The translations under genes were made by a program, and so were the position numbers. From Candidatus Binataceae bacterium (lineage in GTDB: Bacteria > Desulfobacterota > Binatia > Binatales > Binataceae), in NCBI GenBank assembly GCA_015478645.1, contig JADMIL010000007.1, forward strand, positions 3,356-67,355: a stretch of DNA of 64,000 bases, given 5' to 3'. The notes below the pieces were generated by a model. The model saw nothing but the letters and a program-made list of their open reading frames with translations. It was not told the origin of the DNA and ran no database searches. Each line of letters begins with the position of its first letter. Position 1 is the stretch's first letter. Of the stretch, positions 17,866 to 27,885 are shown in pieces.

Positions 17866-20286
17866 TCAGTAGGCGCCGGCGGTAGTGGGGCTGGCGGTAG
17901 GCAAAATACTGGTATGGGACTGGAACGGATTGCGCCCGAACGGACTCTGGCCGACCGAGCCGACCCCGCCCAGCGTGAGCTGAAACTGGAACTGGGTTTC
18001 GCTCGGGTTATAGGTCTTGGTGATTCCCATGTCGAAAGACCAGCAGTCGCATGGCGATTTCAGCCTCACGCCGTAGGCGGACGACAAGACCTTGCGCGCG
18101 GCGAAATCGTACGACGGCGCGAAATACACACCCATCCGATCGAACAGATCATAATACGCGCGCAAAACCATGAACTGGCTGAAATTGGCGTTGACCCCGG
18201 GCGTAAAGGTGGGGCCGGGCGCGATATAGTTGTAGCTGACCTGCATGAACGAGCCTTCCTCGGCCTTGGCGGTATAGACCTTGGCCTGATTGCGCGTCCA
18301 CCAGGGCTGGAAATCGATATACGCACTGGCGTATTGCAATTGGTCGGCGCTCGGATCGAAGCCCAATTGCGATCCGAATGACCATACGCGGGTGGGATAG
18401 ACCAGCGCACGGATGTCGACGTCGGAAAAACGCGTCGCGCCGCGGGCCACCGCATGGTCGATGTCATAGGCTTGCAGCACGGTTAACTGGAATAACTGCT
18501 CAACTTCGCCCGAGGTGCCGTTGGTATGGGCGCGGAACGGGCCGAGCACGGTGTTTTGCACGGTATCGGTGCCGTCGCCTTCGGGGCCACCGGCGGGCTG
18601 CGCCGCGGACTTGGCGTAGATGCGCGAAGTAAAGCCGTAGGTGACCAGGCTGCGCGCCTCCATCCGATCGGTCTGATCGAACAGCGGCAGATCGTTCTGA
18701 TTAACGTTCGGAACATAGGCGTAGGTCACGAGCGGCTCAATGGTATGTTTAATCTTTTCGATCGACTTCCAGTTGAGGTCGTAGACCTTTTCGATCTCCG
18801 AGCCGATCCCGGCCGACCCGTAAATCATCTCGCGCGTCTGCCATCCGCCCTGGGCCAGCGGTCCGAGCGACAGGCCGTTGTTGTACTGAAGGCCGTTCGA
18901 GCCGACCGGCGTGATCGTGATTGTATGGCCCGAGGTGTCGTACATCGTCTCGCGCAGGCCAAGCGTGCCGTATCCGTACAGATAGTCGCTCAGGCGCCAG
19001 GGCACGGTCACCCGTGGATTCAGGTCGATCCGCATGCCGCTCTGGCCCTCGGATCGCCAGAAGTCGGTGCCGGAGAAATCATAGTCAGTATAGGCGAGGC
19101 CGCCGAACAGCTCCTTGCGGCCGCTCACCAGTAATTCGGGCAAGGTCTGCAGGGCAAATTCCTGCGGCTGAATCAGGTCCTGGTTCCACGTACCGCCGAG
19201 CTGCGCGTAGCCGCCGTCGTAGCTGTCGATGAAGCCAAAATCCGATTGCGCGTTGCGAAACGACGGGATGCTGTCGGGATACATAATGCCGGTGCCGATC
19301 GTTCGCGAGAGCGTCCAGACGTTCATCTCGCGCAGCGTCAGGCTGTCGCTCACGCTCATCGCGTCGCCATAGGCCAGCAGGTCGTCGGTAATGTGCTGAC
19401 GGGCCATCGCTATAATGTCGTAGCGATCGATCGGGATATGCGGATCGGCAATCTGGTTGTCGATGACGTCGGTCTTGCGGCTACTGGCCGAGCGCAGGGC
19501 TTCATTGTAAAAGGCGCCGTCCACCGCCAGGAAGTCGTCGGGCCCGGCGAGCAGGCGGTATTCGCCGAGCAGCCCGACCCGCTTGGAGGTTTCCACATCG
19601 ACCGCCACGGTGGCGTCCGAACTCTTGTTGATCGCGTAGTAATAGGGCTGAACGACCTGGAATCCGCGCAGACCGGATTCGCCGATGCGCGGGAACAAGT
19701 AGCCCGAATGGCGCTGGGTATCGGCCGGGAAGACCACGTAGGGCATCGGGATGGCCGCGTGGCCCAGGATATCGAAATGGGCGTTGTGCGCGGTTCCCGT
19801 GTCGCCCAGATGCACATCCATCTGCTCGGCGGTGATTGCCCAGTCGGGCGTGCCGGGTTCACATCCGCAGGTCGTGAAGAAGCCGTCCAGAACCTTGTAG
19901 CGCTGGCCGAGCAGCTTGTAGATATGGCCGCCCTCGAGCCGATAGGTTTCGGCGCTGTCGGTGACGGTGGCGTCGGTCAGGTCGGCGGTTTCATCGGTGG
20001 AATTGACGATCGCGTCGCGCGCGACGATGCGGCCAAACGGATCGTTCAGATGCACGTTGCCGGTGGCGTGCATCTTGTGCTCCCGGCGCATCAGATGGAT
20101 CCGGTCGGCGGTCAGGACCGTGCGGGCCTGCCTCACTACCGCATCGCCGGTCACGACGAAGCTGTCGGTCTTGTAGTCGTAGACGAAGTTGCGGCCAGTG
20201 ATGTCGATCGGACCGCCCGGATGGGAGGCCTGGTAGGCGGCGGAAAATCCGCTCTGCTGCGCGCCTGCGGCATGCGGCGCCAGCAA
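17866..20286 (-). CDS. lptD: LPS-assembly protein LptD (OstA)
   Basis: An N-terminal OstA domain, a large beta-barrel region and the C-terminal CDC cysteine pair. The ORF-track start is a TTG that falls inside the signal peptide. The true N-terminus probably extends to about 20343 using a non-canonical start (see findings). Confidence 0.85.
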   Translation of the reverse strand: MLAPHAAGAQQSGFSAAYQASHPGGPIDITGRNFVYDYKTDSFVVTGDAVVRQARTVLTADRIHLMRREHKMHATGNVHLNDPFGRIVARDAIVNSTDETADLTDATVTDSAETYRLEGGHIYKLLGQRYKVLDGFFTTCGCEPGTPDWAITAEQMDVHLGDTGTAHNAHFDILGHAAIPMPYVVFPADTQRHSGYLFPRIGESGLRGFQVVQPYYYAINKSSDATVAVDVETSKRVGLLGEYRLLAGPDDFLAVDGAFYNEALRSASSRKTDVIDNQIADPHIPIDRYDIIAMARQHITDDLLAYGDAMSVSDSLTLREMNVWTLSRTIGTGIMYPDSIPSFRNAQSDFGFIDSYDGGYAQLGGTWNQDLIQPQEFALQTLPELLVSGRKELFGGLAYTDYDFSGTDFWRSEGQSGMRIDLNPRVTVPWRLSDYLYGYGTLGLRETMYDTSGHTITITPVGSNGLQYNNGLSLGPLAQGGWQTREMIYGSAGIGSEIEKVYDLNWKSIEKIKHTIEPLVTYAYVPNVNQNDLPLFDQTDRMEARSLVTYGFTSRIYAKSAAQPAGGPEGDGTDTVQNTVLGPFRAHTNGTSGEVEQLFQLTVLQAYDIDHAVARGATRFSDVDIRALVYPTRVWSFGSQLGFDPSADQLQYASAYIDFQPWWTRNQAKVYTAKAEEGSFMQVSYNYIAPGPTFTPGVNANFSQFMVLRAYYDLFDRMGVYFAPSYDFAARKVLSSAYGVRLKSPCDCWSFDMGITKTYNPSETQFQFQLTLGGVGSVGQSPFGRNPFQSHTSILPTASPTTAGAY

Positions 20287-20326
20287 CGCAAGCAGCGGCG
20301 CGGCGGCCAGCCCGCTCAGGAGCGAT

Positions 20327-21649
20327 CTAAACCGCGGCCTCAGGGAACAGTCCTCGGCGGCCTTCGCGTGCCAGAAACCACAGATATATCTCCCCCACCA
20401 GATAGACCGAGCCGGTGACCAACACTACATCATGCGCGGCGCTCTCCGCCATAACTTGGCCGATCGCTTCGAGTGGATCGCGAGTAATCCGCACCGGCAC
20501 GCGGCCGGCGAAACTCGCCGCGAGAATTTCCGGATCGAGCGGCCGCTTGGGCGTCGCGCGGGTCACGGTGACGTCGCTGACGCGCGGCGCCAGCATCGCG
20601 GCCATCCGCGCCCATTGCTTGTCCTCGAGGCAGCCGAAGACCAGCCGCGGCTTGACCTGCGGCCCGAGTTCCACCGCGATGGTCTCGAGCAGCGCCTCGA
20701 TCGCCAGTTCGTTATGCGCGCAATCCAGGATGGTCAGCGGCTGGCGCGCGACGATATCGAAACGGCCCGGCCACACGGTGGTGCCGAGTCCGCGGCGGAT
20801 CGCCGCCTCGTCAATCGTCAACCCGCCGGCCCGCAGCGCGTCGATCGCCGCCATCGCGATCGCCGCATTCTCATGCTGGAACGGTCCCGCCAGGGCGAGG
20901 TCGACGTCGGCCAGATTGAGGCCCAGGCCGCGATAGTCGAGCCGATGGGCCGGGGCCTGCGAGCGATATGAAAATTCGCGATCGATCATGAAGGCCGGAC
21001 TCTGGCGCTGGCCCGCGATCGAGGAGAGCACGAGGCGCGCCGCGGGGTCGCGTGCGCCGATTACCACCGGCACGCCCTGCTTGATGATGCCGCCCTTTTC
21101 GCCGGCGATCGCGGCGATGGTATAGCCCAGCCGGTCCATGTGGTCGAAGCCGATGGGCGTAATCACACTGAGCAGCGGATGGACCACGTTGGTCGAATCC
21201 AGCCGGCCGCCGAGGCCGGTTTCGATCACCGCCAGGTCGACTTTGGCTTCGGCGAAGTACAGAAACATCAGGGCGACGGTGAATTCAAAGAAGGTCAGGC
21301 CGAGTCCGGCGCGCTCGTAGATCGCGCGCAGCCGCATGATGTACTCGAGCATCAGCGCCGCCGGCATCTCGGCGCCGTCGATCCGCGTGCGTTCGGTCAA
21401 ATGGACGAGATGCGGCTTGGTATAGAGGCCCGTGCGGTAACCCGCGGCGCGCAGCACCGCGTCGATCATCGCGGCCACCGAGCCTTTGCCCTTGGTGCCG
21501 GCGATATGGACGGCGCGCAGCCGCAAGTGCGGGTCGCCGATCAGCGCGAGCGCCTGGTCCATCCGCTCGAGCTTATAGATTTCGCCGCGCGCTTCGAGCG
21601 AATAGAGCCAGTCGAGAGTGGCGGAGAGATGCTCCATAACTGCGGGCAT
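20327..21649 (-). CDS. folC: Bifunctional folylpolyglutamate synthase / dihydrofolate synthase
   Basis: The P-loop HIAGTKGKGS in a Mur-ligase fold. Conserved accD-folC synteny. Confidence 0.9.
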   Translation of the reverse strand: MPAVMEHLSATLDWLYSLEARGEIYKLERMDQALALIGDPHLRLRAVHIAGTKGKGSVAAMIDAVLRAAGYRTGLYTKPHLVHLTERTRIDGAEMPAALMLEYIMRLRAIYERAGLGLTFFEFTVALMFLYFAEAKVDLAVIETGLGGRLDSTNVVHPLLSVITPIGFDHMDRLGYTIAAIAGEKGGIIKQGVPVVIGARDPAARLVLSSIAGQRQSPAFMIDREFSYRSQAPAHRLDYRGLGLNLADVDLALAGPFQHENAAIAMAAIDALRAGGLTIDEAAIRRGLGTTVWPGRFDIVARQPLTILDCAHNELAIEALLETIAVELGPQVKPRLVFGCLEDKQWARMAAMLAPRVSDVTVTRATPKRPLDPEILAASFAGRVPVRITRDPLEAIGQVMAESAAHDVVLVTGSVYLVGEIYLWFLAREGRRGLFPEAAV

Positions 21650-21725
21650 CTTAATCTCTGCGCGTTAGCCGAGAAAGGTCTGCTCGGGCACAAAACCGCG
21701 CCGCAAGCGGCCAGCGGGGCGCGCC

Positions 21726-22619
21726 TCAGCGTGACGTTCGTACCGGGCGGCGCCGCGGCGCTTTCGCTCCCCTGGCCGGGCGATCGTCGGGCGGCCGCAG
21801 GATGGCCAGCAGATGGCCCAGCGTATGGCGCATCTGCGGGCGCGGCACGATCGCGTCGAGCATCCCGTGCGCCATCAGGAACTCGGCGGTCTGGAAGCCG
21901 GCCGGCAACTGCTGATTGGTGGTCTGCTCGATCACCCGGCGGCCGGCAAAGCCGATCGCCGCGCCCGGCTCGGCCAGGTTGACGTCGCCCAGGCTCGCGA
22001 ACGACGCGGCGACCCCGCCGGTGGTTGGATCGCCGAGCACCGAGATATACGGGATGCGCGCGTCACGCAGCCGCGCGATGGCGCTCGAGACCTTGGCCAT
22101 CTGCATCAGCGAGAGCACGCCCTCTTGCATGCGCGCGCCGCCCGACGCGGCAAAGACAATCACCGGGATGCGCCGCGCCAGCGCATGGTCCATCAGGCGG
22201 GCGAGCTTTTCGCCGACCACCACGCCCATGCTGCCGCCCATAAAGCCGAAGTCCATCAGGGCGAGCGCGGTCTCGCGCTTTTCGATGCGCGCAGTCCCCG
22301 TTAGTACGGCGTCGAGCCGGCCCGACGCGCGCCGGGCCTGCGCCATGCGCTGCGGATAGGGACGGCTGTCGACGAATTCCAGCGGGTCGCCGATCGCGAG
22401 GTCGGCGAACAGCTCGCGCCATGAGCCGCGATCGACCGTGATCGCCAGGCGCTGTTCGACCGTCACCCGATGGTGATGGCCGCAGCGCGGGCAGACGTTG
22501 AGGTTGCGCTCGACCTCCTTGCGAAAGGCGATCTCGCGGCATCCGGGGCATTTCAGCCACATGTCGTCGGCGGCCGTAGCCGCCGCCGGCTGCGTAGCAG
22601 GTGCGCGATTCGAGGCCAT
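21726..22619 (-). CDS. accD: Acetyl-CoA carboxylase carboxyltransferase subunit beta
   Basis: An N-terminal zinc ribbon CPGC...CPRCGHH and the motif FMGGSMG. Confidence 0.9.
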   Translation of the reverse strand: MASNRAPATQPAAATAADDMWLKCPGCREIAFRKEVERNLNVCPRCGHHHRVTVEQRLAITVDRGSWRELFADLAIGDPLEFVDSRPYPQRMAQARRASGRLDAVLTGTARIEKRETALALMDFGFMGGSMGVVVGEKLARLMDHALARRIPVIVFAASGGARMQEGVLSLMQMAKVSSAIARLRDARIPYISVLGDPTTGGVAASFASLGDVNLAEPGAAIGFAGRRVIEQTTNQQLPAGFQTAEFLMAHGMLDAIVPRPQMRHTLGHLLAILRPPDDRPARGAKAPRRRPVRTSR

Positions 22620-22709
22620 CGGTAAATTAAACCGCCGCCGGCGCGATCGGTATCGCCGGGGTCGTTGGGGTTTGGTAAATCGCCTGGGTCATCCTGGGTG
22701 CCTGATCCA

Positions 22710-23564
22710 CTATGCCGAGACGGCCGCGCCGCCGCCATCGCGCGCGGTGCGCATCGCCGCTTTGAGCGCGGCGGCAAAATCCCCGACCACTTCGACCAGC
22801 CGATCGGACCCGGCGTGGGTTTCGATCAATTGCGATATCGCGCTGCCGACCACCACCGCGTCGGCGAAGGCGGCCACTTCGCGCGCCTGCGCGGGTGTCG
22901 AGATGCCGAAGCCGACGCCGATCGGCAGGTCGGTCACGGTCCTGAGTTCGCTCAGCCGCGCGGCGAGATCGGTCGCGATCCGGGCGCGCGCGCCGGTCAC
23001 TCCGGTCACCGAGACGTAGTAGAGAAAGCCGCTGGCCGAGCGCGCGATCACGCGGCTGCGCTCAAGCGGCGTGGTCGGCGCGAGCAGATAAATGATATCG
23101 AGGCCGGCGGCGCGGGCCGGACGGGCCAGTTCGCGCGCCTCCTCGGGCGGCAGGTCGACGACCAGCAGGCCGTCGAGGCCGGCGCGTGCGGCGTCGGCGC
23201 ACAGCCGGTCGCATCCGTAGCGCAGGATCGGGTTGAAGTAGCCGAACAGGATCAGCGGAACCTGCGTCGTGCGCCGGAGCTCGGTGACCATCGCGAGGAT
23301 CGCGGGCAGCGTCGCGCCGGCGGCGAGTCCGCGCGCGGCGGCACGCTGATTGGCGGGGCCGTCGGCCATCGGATCGGAAAACGGCACGCCCAGCTCGATC
23401 AGGTCGGCGCCGCGCGCCTCGAGTTCGAGCACCAGGCGGCGGGTGTGCTCAAGGCCGGGATCGCCGGCGACTATATATGGAATCAGCGCCGGTTCGCGGC
23501 GCGTGGCGAGCTCGCGGAATTTCTCCCCGATGCGGCCGCTATGGGTATTCGATCGATTAGTCAT
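22710..23564 (-). CDS. trpA: Tryptophan synthase alpha subunit
   Basis: A TrpA TIM-barrel with motifs (ELGVPFSDPMADGP; GFGIS). Confidence 0.9.
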   Translation of the reverse strand: MTNRSNTHSGRIGEKFRELATRREPALIPYIVAGDPGLEHTRRLVLELEARGADLIELGVPFSDPMADGPANQRAAARGLAAGATLPAILAMVTELRRTTQVPLILFGYFNPILRYGCDRLCADAARAGLDGLLVVDLPPEEARELARPARAAGLDIIYLLAPTTPLERSRVIARSASGFLYYVSVTGVTGARARIATDLAARLSELRTVTDLPIGVGFGISTPAQAREVAAFADAVVVGSAISQLIETHAGSDRLVEVVGDFAAALKAAMRTARDGGGAAVSA

Positions 23565-23625
23565 TAGGCTTAATAGTCATTTGCAGTTTATTAGTCATTA
23601 GAATAGTCAGAGCAACAAGCAATAC
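23565..23625 (-). repeat. AT-rich trpB-trpA intercistronic spacer carrying 3.5 copies of (A)ATGACTA(A/T)T
   Basis: The plus-strand motif 'tagtcat' occurs at 23558, 23574, 23592 and 23604. The minus-strand mini-ORF MTNKLQMTIKPND (23557-23598) overlaps the trpA ATG. Confidence 0.4.
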
Positions 23626-24819
23626 TCAGAGGGTGACGCCGAAGGCTTGCGCGACGGTCTGCATATCCTTGTCGCCGCGGCCCGACAGATTGACCACGAT
23701 TACCTGGTCGCGCGGCAGCGTCGGCGCGAGCTTCAGCGCATAGGCGACCGCGTGCGAGCTCTCGAGCGCCGGAATAATCCCTTCGCATTCCGAGAGCAGC
23801 CTCAGCGCCTCGAGCGCCTCGGCGTCGGTCACCGCGGCGTAGCTGGCGCGTCCGCTGTCCTTGAGCCACGCATGCTCGGGGCCGACGCCCGGGTAGTCGA
23901 GGCCGGCGGCGATCGAATGGGTCTCGCGGACCTGGCCCATCTCGTCCTGCAGCAGGTAAGTCCGATTGCCGTGCAGCACGCCGACCTGGCCGGCGGTCAG
24001 GGTCGCCGCGTGCATCGGTCCGCTGATCCCGAGGCCGGCCGCTTCGACGCCGACCAGGCGCACGGCCAAGTCCTTGATAAACGGATAGAAGATGCCGATG
24101 GCGTTGGAGCCGCCGTTGACGCAGGCGATGATCACATCGGGCAGGCGCCCTTCGTGCGCGACGATCTGGCGGCGCGTCTCGCGGCCGATGACGGCCTGGA
24201 AGTCGCGCACGATCATCGGGTACGGATGCGGTCCGGCGGCCGTGCCGATCAGGTAATAGGTGTCGCGGACGGTCGCGATCCAGTCGCGCAGGGCCTCGTT
24301 GAGGGCGTCCTTGAGGCTGCGGCTGCCGGCATCGACGGGCGTGACTTTGGCGCCGAGCAACTTCATGCGAAAGACGTTGAGCGACTGGCGCTCGACGTCG
24401 ACGCTGCCCATAAAGACTTCGCATTCGCGCTTGAACAGCGCCGCCATGGTGGCGGTCGCGACGCCGTGCTGGCCCGCGCCGGTCTCGGCCGTGATGCGTG
24501 GTTTGCCCATGCGCACGGCGAGCAGCGCCTGGCCGAGCGTGTTGTTCACCTTATGCGCACCGGTATGGCAGAGGTCCTCGCGCTTGAGATAAATCTTCGC
24601 CCCGGCGCATCGCGCGGTCAGGTTGGCGCATAAAAACAGCGGCGTCGGACGGCCGACGTATTCGGCCGCGTAGCGCTTGAGGTCGGCGCGAAAGCGCGGA
24701 TCGCGACGCGCCTCTTGGTAGGCTTTTTCCAGATCGAATAACGCGGGCATCAGGGTTTCGGCGACGTAGCGGCCGCCGAAATCGCCGAACCGTCCGCGGC
24801 TATCGGGCAGATTTTGCAT
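23626..24819 (-). CDS. trpB: Tryptophan synthase beta subunit
   Basis: The PLP lysine motif (HTGAHKVNN), the GGGSNA motif and a strong aaggag RBS. Confidence 0.95.
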   Translation of the reverse strand: MQNLPDSRGRFGDFGGRYVAETLMPALFDLEKAYQEARRDPRFRADLKRYAAEYVGRPTPLFLCANLTARCAGAKIYLKREDLCHTGAHKVNNTLGQALLAVRMGKPRITAETGAGQHGVATATMAALFKRECEVFMGSVDVERQSLNVFRMKLLGAKVTPVDAGSRSLKDALNEALRDWIATVRDTYYLIGTAAGPHPYPMIVRDFQAVIGRETRRQIVAHEGRLPDVIIACVNGGSNAIGIFYPFIKDLAVRLVGVEAAGLGISGPMHAATLTAGQVGVLHGNRTYLLQDEMGQVRETHSIAAGLDYPGVGPEHAWLKDSGRASYAAVTDAEALEALRLLSECEGIIPALESSHAVAYALKLAPTLPRDQVIVVNLSGRGDKDMQTVAQAFGVTL

Positions 24820-25411
24820 TCGCGATGAAGCTCCTTAACTTCGCGGGATCCTTGACGCCCGGTGCGGCTTCGACGCCGCTGGCGACGTCCACCGCATACG
24901 GGCCGAGCGCGGCGGCGGCGCCGACGTTGGCCGGATCGAGCCCGCCTGAAAGAAACACCCGCGCCAGGTCGAAGCGGTCGAGACCGTCGAGCGGACGCGC
25001 CTGTCCGGTGCCGCCGAAGAGCCCCGGATGGAAGGTGTCGAGCAGCAGATAATCGGCCGCGCTCGCCGGCAGCGACGCATACGCGGTGTCGGCCTTGAGG
25101 CGCAGCGCGCGGATCACCGGCACCGGCCATCCGGCGAGGGCGTCTTCGTCCTCGTCGCCGTGAAACTGGAGCAGATCGAGATTGAGTTCGCGGCGGAACT
25201 CATCGATATGACCGCGTGCGGCGTTGACGAAGACCCCGGCGACGAGGCCGCGCGCGCCGATCGCCCGGCGAATCTCGCGCGCGCGCTCGAGCGTCAGACA
25301 GCGCGGACTCGGCGGATGGAAATTGAGGCCGACGATCTCGGCGCCCAGCGCCACCGCGAGTTCGGCGTCCGCCACCCGCGTCACGCCGCAGATTTTGATC
25401 CGTACGCTCAT
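24800..25411 (-). CDS. trpF: Phosphoribosylanthranilate isomerase
   Basis: The PRAI family start [11 protein letters not shown]. It overlaps the trpB start by 20 nt. Confidence 0.85.
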   Translation of the reverse strand: MSVRIKICGVTRVADAELAVALGAEIVGLNFHPPSPRCLTLERAREIRRAIGARGLVAGVFVNAARGHIDEFRRELNLDLLQFHGDEDEDALAGWPVPVIRALRLKADTAYASLPASAADYLLLDTFHPGLFGGTGQARPLDGLDRFDLARVFLSGGLDPANVGAAAALGPYAVDVASGVEAAPGVKDPAKLRSFIANAKSAR

Positions 25412-25452
25412 TTAATGTGCCTTAATGTGCCTACTCTTGCCGGCCCGCATGC

Positions 25453-26259
25453 TCACGCCGCGCCGGGGGCGGACGGACCGCCGAGCGCGTTGACCAGAAT
25501 CGTCAGGGCGTCGCGCGGAGCGCCGCCGCGCAGCAGGCTCTCGCCGATCAGAAACGCGCCCGCGCCGGCACGATGGAGCCGGCGGATATCGGCCGGCGTC
25601 TCGAGGCCGCTCTCGGACACGATCAGCGCGTCGTCGCGATAGCCGGCGAGCAGCGTCTCGGTAGTCGCGATAGCGGTCTTGAAGGTGTGCAGGTCGCGGT
25701 TGTTGATCCCGATTAGGGTCGCGCCGGCGGCGCAGGCGCGCTCGAGTTCGGCGGCGTCGTGGACCTCGATCAGCGCCGCCATCCGCAGCTCGCGGGCGAG
25801 TCCGGCCAGCGAGCGCATCTCGCCGTCTTTGAGCATCGCGGCGATCAGCAGGATCGCGTCGGCGCCGGCCGCGCGCGCTTCATAAAGTTGATAGGGATCG
25901 AAGATGAAGTCCTTGCGCAGCAACGGCAAATCGACCGCTGCGCGCACCGCGCGCAGGTCGTCGAGGGAGCCCTTGAAGTGGCTATCGGTGAGCACCGAAA
26001 TCGCCGCGGCACCGCCCGCCGCGTAATCGCGGGCAACCCGCGCCGGGTCGAGGCCGGGCAGAATATCGCCCTTGCTCGGCGAGGCGCGCTTGACCTCGGC
26101 GATAATCGCCGGAACCTCCGCCCGCAGCGCTGCGACGAAGGGCCGCGGTGCGGACGCGCGCGCGGCGGCCGCGGCAATTTCGCTTGGCGTCACGCGGCGC
26201 CGCTGGAGGCGCACTTCCTCGCGCTTGGCGGCGAATATCCGGTCGAGTATCGAGGGCAT
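25453..26259 (-). CDS. trpC: Indole-3-glycerol phosphate synthase
   Basis: IGPS motifs (EVKRASPSKG; LIGINNRDL). Confidence 0.9.
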   Translation of the reverse strand: MPSILDRIFAAKREEVRLQRRRVTPSEIAAAAARASAPRPFVAALRAEVPAIIAEVKRASPSKGDILPGLDPARVARDYAAGGAAAISVLTDSHFKGSLDDLRAVRAAVDLPLLRKDFIFDPYQLYEARAAGADAILLIAAMLKDGEMRSLAGLARELRMAALIEVHDAAELERACAAGATLIGINNRDLHTFKTAIATTETLLAGYRDDALIVSESGLETPADIRRLHRAGAGAFLIGESLLRGGAPRDALTILVNALGGPSAPGAA

Positions 26260-26274
26260 GGTTTAATCCCGCCT

Positions 26275-27309
26275 TCAGCGTGCCGCGGCGGCGCCTTCGT
26301 TGCTCACGCGGCAAATTGTTTCGAGCGTCGCGGCGGAGCGGCCGGCGATCAGGATCGCGCGCGCCAGTTTGACCCCGGCGGCGATCGTCGCCGCGCCGCC
26401 GCCGACGTAGATTGCGGCGCCGGCGTTAAGCGCGAGCACATCTTGCGCCGGGCCCGGGTCGCCGGCAAGGGTCCGCTTAAGAATCGCGGCGGCTTCGTCG
26501 GCGTCGGCGGCGAGGAACGTGGCCGGGCTGGCCGGGGCGACGCCGAGGCCCTCGGGCGTGATCTCGTATGCGCGCAATTCGCCGCCCGCCACTTCGACCA
26601 CCCGGGTCGGCGCGCCGAGCGAGATTTCGTCGAGTCCGTCGCCCCCATGGACGACCATCGCATGGTCGACGCCGAGCGCGGCGAGCGTCTCGGCCATCGG
26701 GCGCAGCAGGCGCGGGTCGGCGACGCCGAGCAACTGGCGGCGCGGATGCGCCGGGTTGGCCAGCGGCGCGATCAGATTGAAGACCGTGCGGATGCCGAGC
26801 GTGCGGCGCAGCACCGCCAGCCGCGCGAGCACCGGATGATAGCGGGGCGCGAAGATGAAGCAGAATTGCGCCGCCGCGAGGCAGTGCGCGAGCCCCGCCG
26901 GATCGAGCTCGAGCTTGACGCCGCAGCGTTCGAGCACGTCGGCCGCGCCGACCCGTCCGCTGACCGCGCGATTGCCATGCTTGGCGACCGGCACGCCGGC
27001 GGCCGCCGCGACGAGGGCGGCGGCGGTCGAGATATTGAACGTGCCGGCGCCGTCACCGCCGGTGCCCGCGGTATCGAGCACCTGGCCGCCGTGGAGCTCG
27101 AGCGGACGCGCCCGCCGGCGCATCGCGCGCGCGCCACCGGTCAGCTCGGCGGCCGACTCGCCCTTGATTTTGAGCGCGACCAGGAAGCCCGCGACGAGGA
27201 TGTCGGGGACCACGTCGTCGAGAATTTCGCCGACCACCTGCTCGGCTTCGGCGGCGCTGAGCGAGCGGCCGCGGAGCACCTCGCTGAAGGCTTCGCGCAG
27301 GTTGATCAC
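26275..27309 (-). CDS. trpD: Anthranilate phosphoribosyltransferase
   Basis: The motifs GTGGDG and KHGNRAVS. The true start is a GTG at 27309 that forms a GTGA overlap with the trpG stop. The 112-aa N-terminal extension in the ORF track is an out-of-frame read through trpG. Confidence 0.85.
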   Translation of the reverse strand: MINLREAFSEVLRGRSLSAAEAEQVVGEILDDVVPDILVAGFLVALKIKGESAAELTGGARAMRRRARPLELHGGQVLDTAGTGGDGAGTFNISTAAALVAAAAGVPVAKHGNRAVSGRVGAADVLERCGVKLELDPAGLAHCLAAAQFCFIFAPRYHPVLARLAVLRRTLGIRTVFNLIAPLANPAHPRRQLLGVADPRLLRPMAETLAALGVDHAMVVHGGDGLDEISLGAPTRVVEVAGGELRAYEITPEGLGVAPASPATFLAADADEAAAILKRTLAGDPGPAQDVLALNAGAAIYVGGGAATIAAGVKLARAILIAGRSAATLETICRVSNEGAAAAR

Positions 27310-27881
27310 GCGGCCACTCCGGCAAGAAAGTTGCGCAGCAGGTCTTTGCCCGCGGGCGTGCCGATCGACTCCGGATGGAACTGCACGCCCTCGATGCGAT
27401 GTTCGCGATGGCGCAGTCCCATAATTTCGCCTTCGGCGGTGCGCGCGCTGATTTCGAGACATGCCGGGAGCGAGTCGGGCTCGACCAGCAGCGAATGATA
27501 GCGCATCGCGGCGAACGGATTGGCGAGTCCGCCGAAGATCGATTTGCCGTCGTGGATGATCGGCGAGGTCTTGCCGTGCATCAGGCGCGCGGCACGCACG
27601 ACCTTGCCGCCGAAGGCCTCGCCGATACATTGATGGCCCAGACACACACCCAGAATCGGCACCGCCCCGGCCATCGCGCGCAGCAGCGCGACCGAAACGC
27701 CGGCCGCGGCGGGCGTGCAGGGGCCGGGCGAGATGACGATCGCGTCGGGCTTGAGCGCGCGCGCGCCGGCCACGTCGAGAGCGTCATTGCGGCGGACGAT
27801 CGCGTCGACGCCGAGCTCGCCGATGTACTGCACCAGGTTGTAGGTAAACGAATCGTAATTGTCGATCATCAGGAGCTTCAT
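27306..27881 (-). CDS. trpG: Anthranilate synthase component II (glutamine amidotransferase, TrpG/PabA type)
   Basis: A class-I GATase with the GVCLGHQ catalytic Cys. The ggaggtaa RBS lies inside the trpE 3' end. Confidence 0.85.
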   Translation of the reverse strand: MKLLMIDNYDSFTYNLVQYIGELGVDAIVRRNDALDVAGARALKPDAIVISPGPCTPAAAGVSVALLRAMAGAVPILGVCLGHQCIGEAFGGKVVRAARLMHGKTSPIIHDGKSIFGGLANPFAAMRYHSLLVEPDSLPACLEISARTAEGEIMGLRHREHRIEGVQFHPESIGTPAGKDLLRNFLAGVAA

Positions 27882-27885
27882 CGGC

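Noticed and set aside
27310-27645. The N-terminal 112 aa of the ORF-track 'trpD' entry.
   Set aside because: This part of the ORF has no TrpD similarity and reads through trpG in another frame. The real trpD starts at a GTG at 27309 that overlaps the trpG stop.
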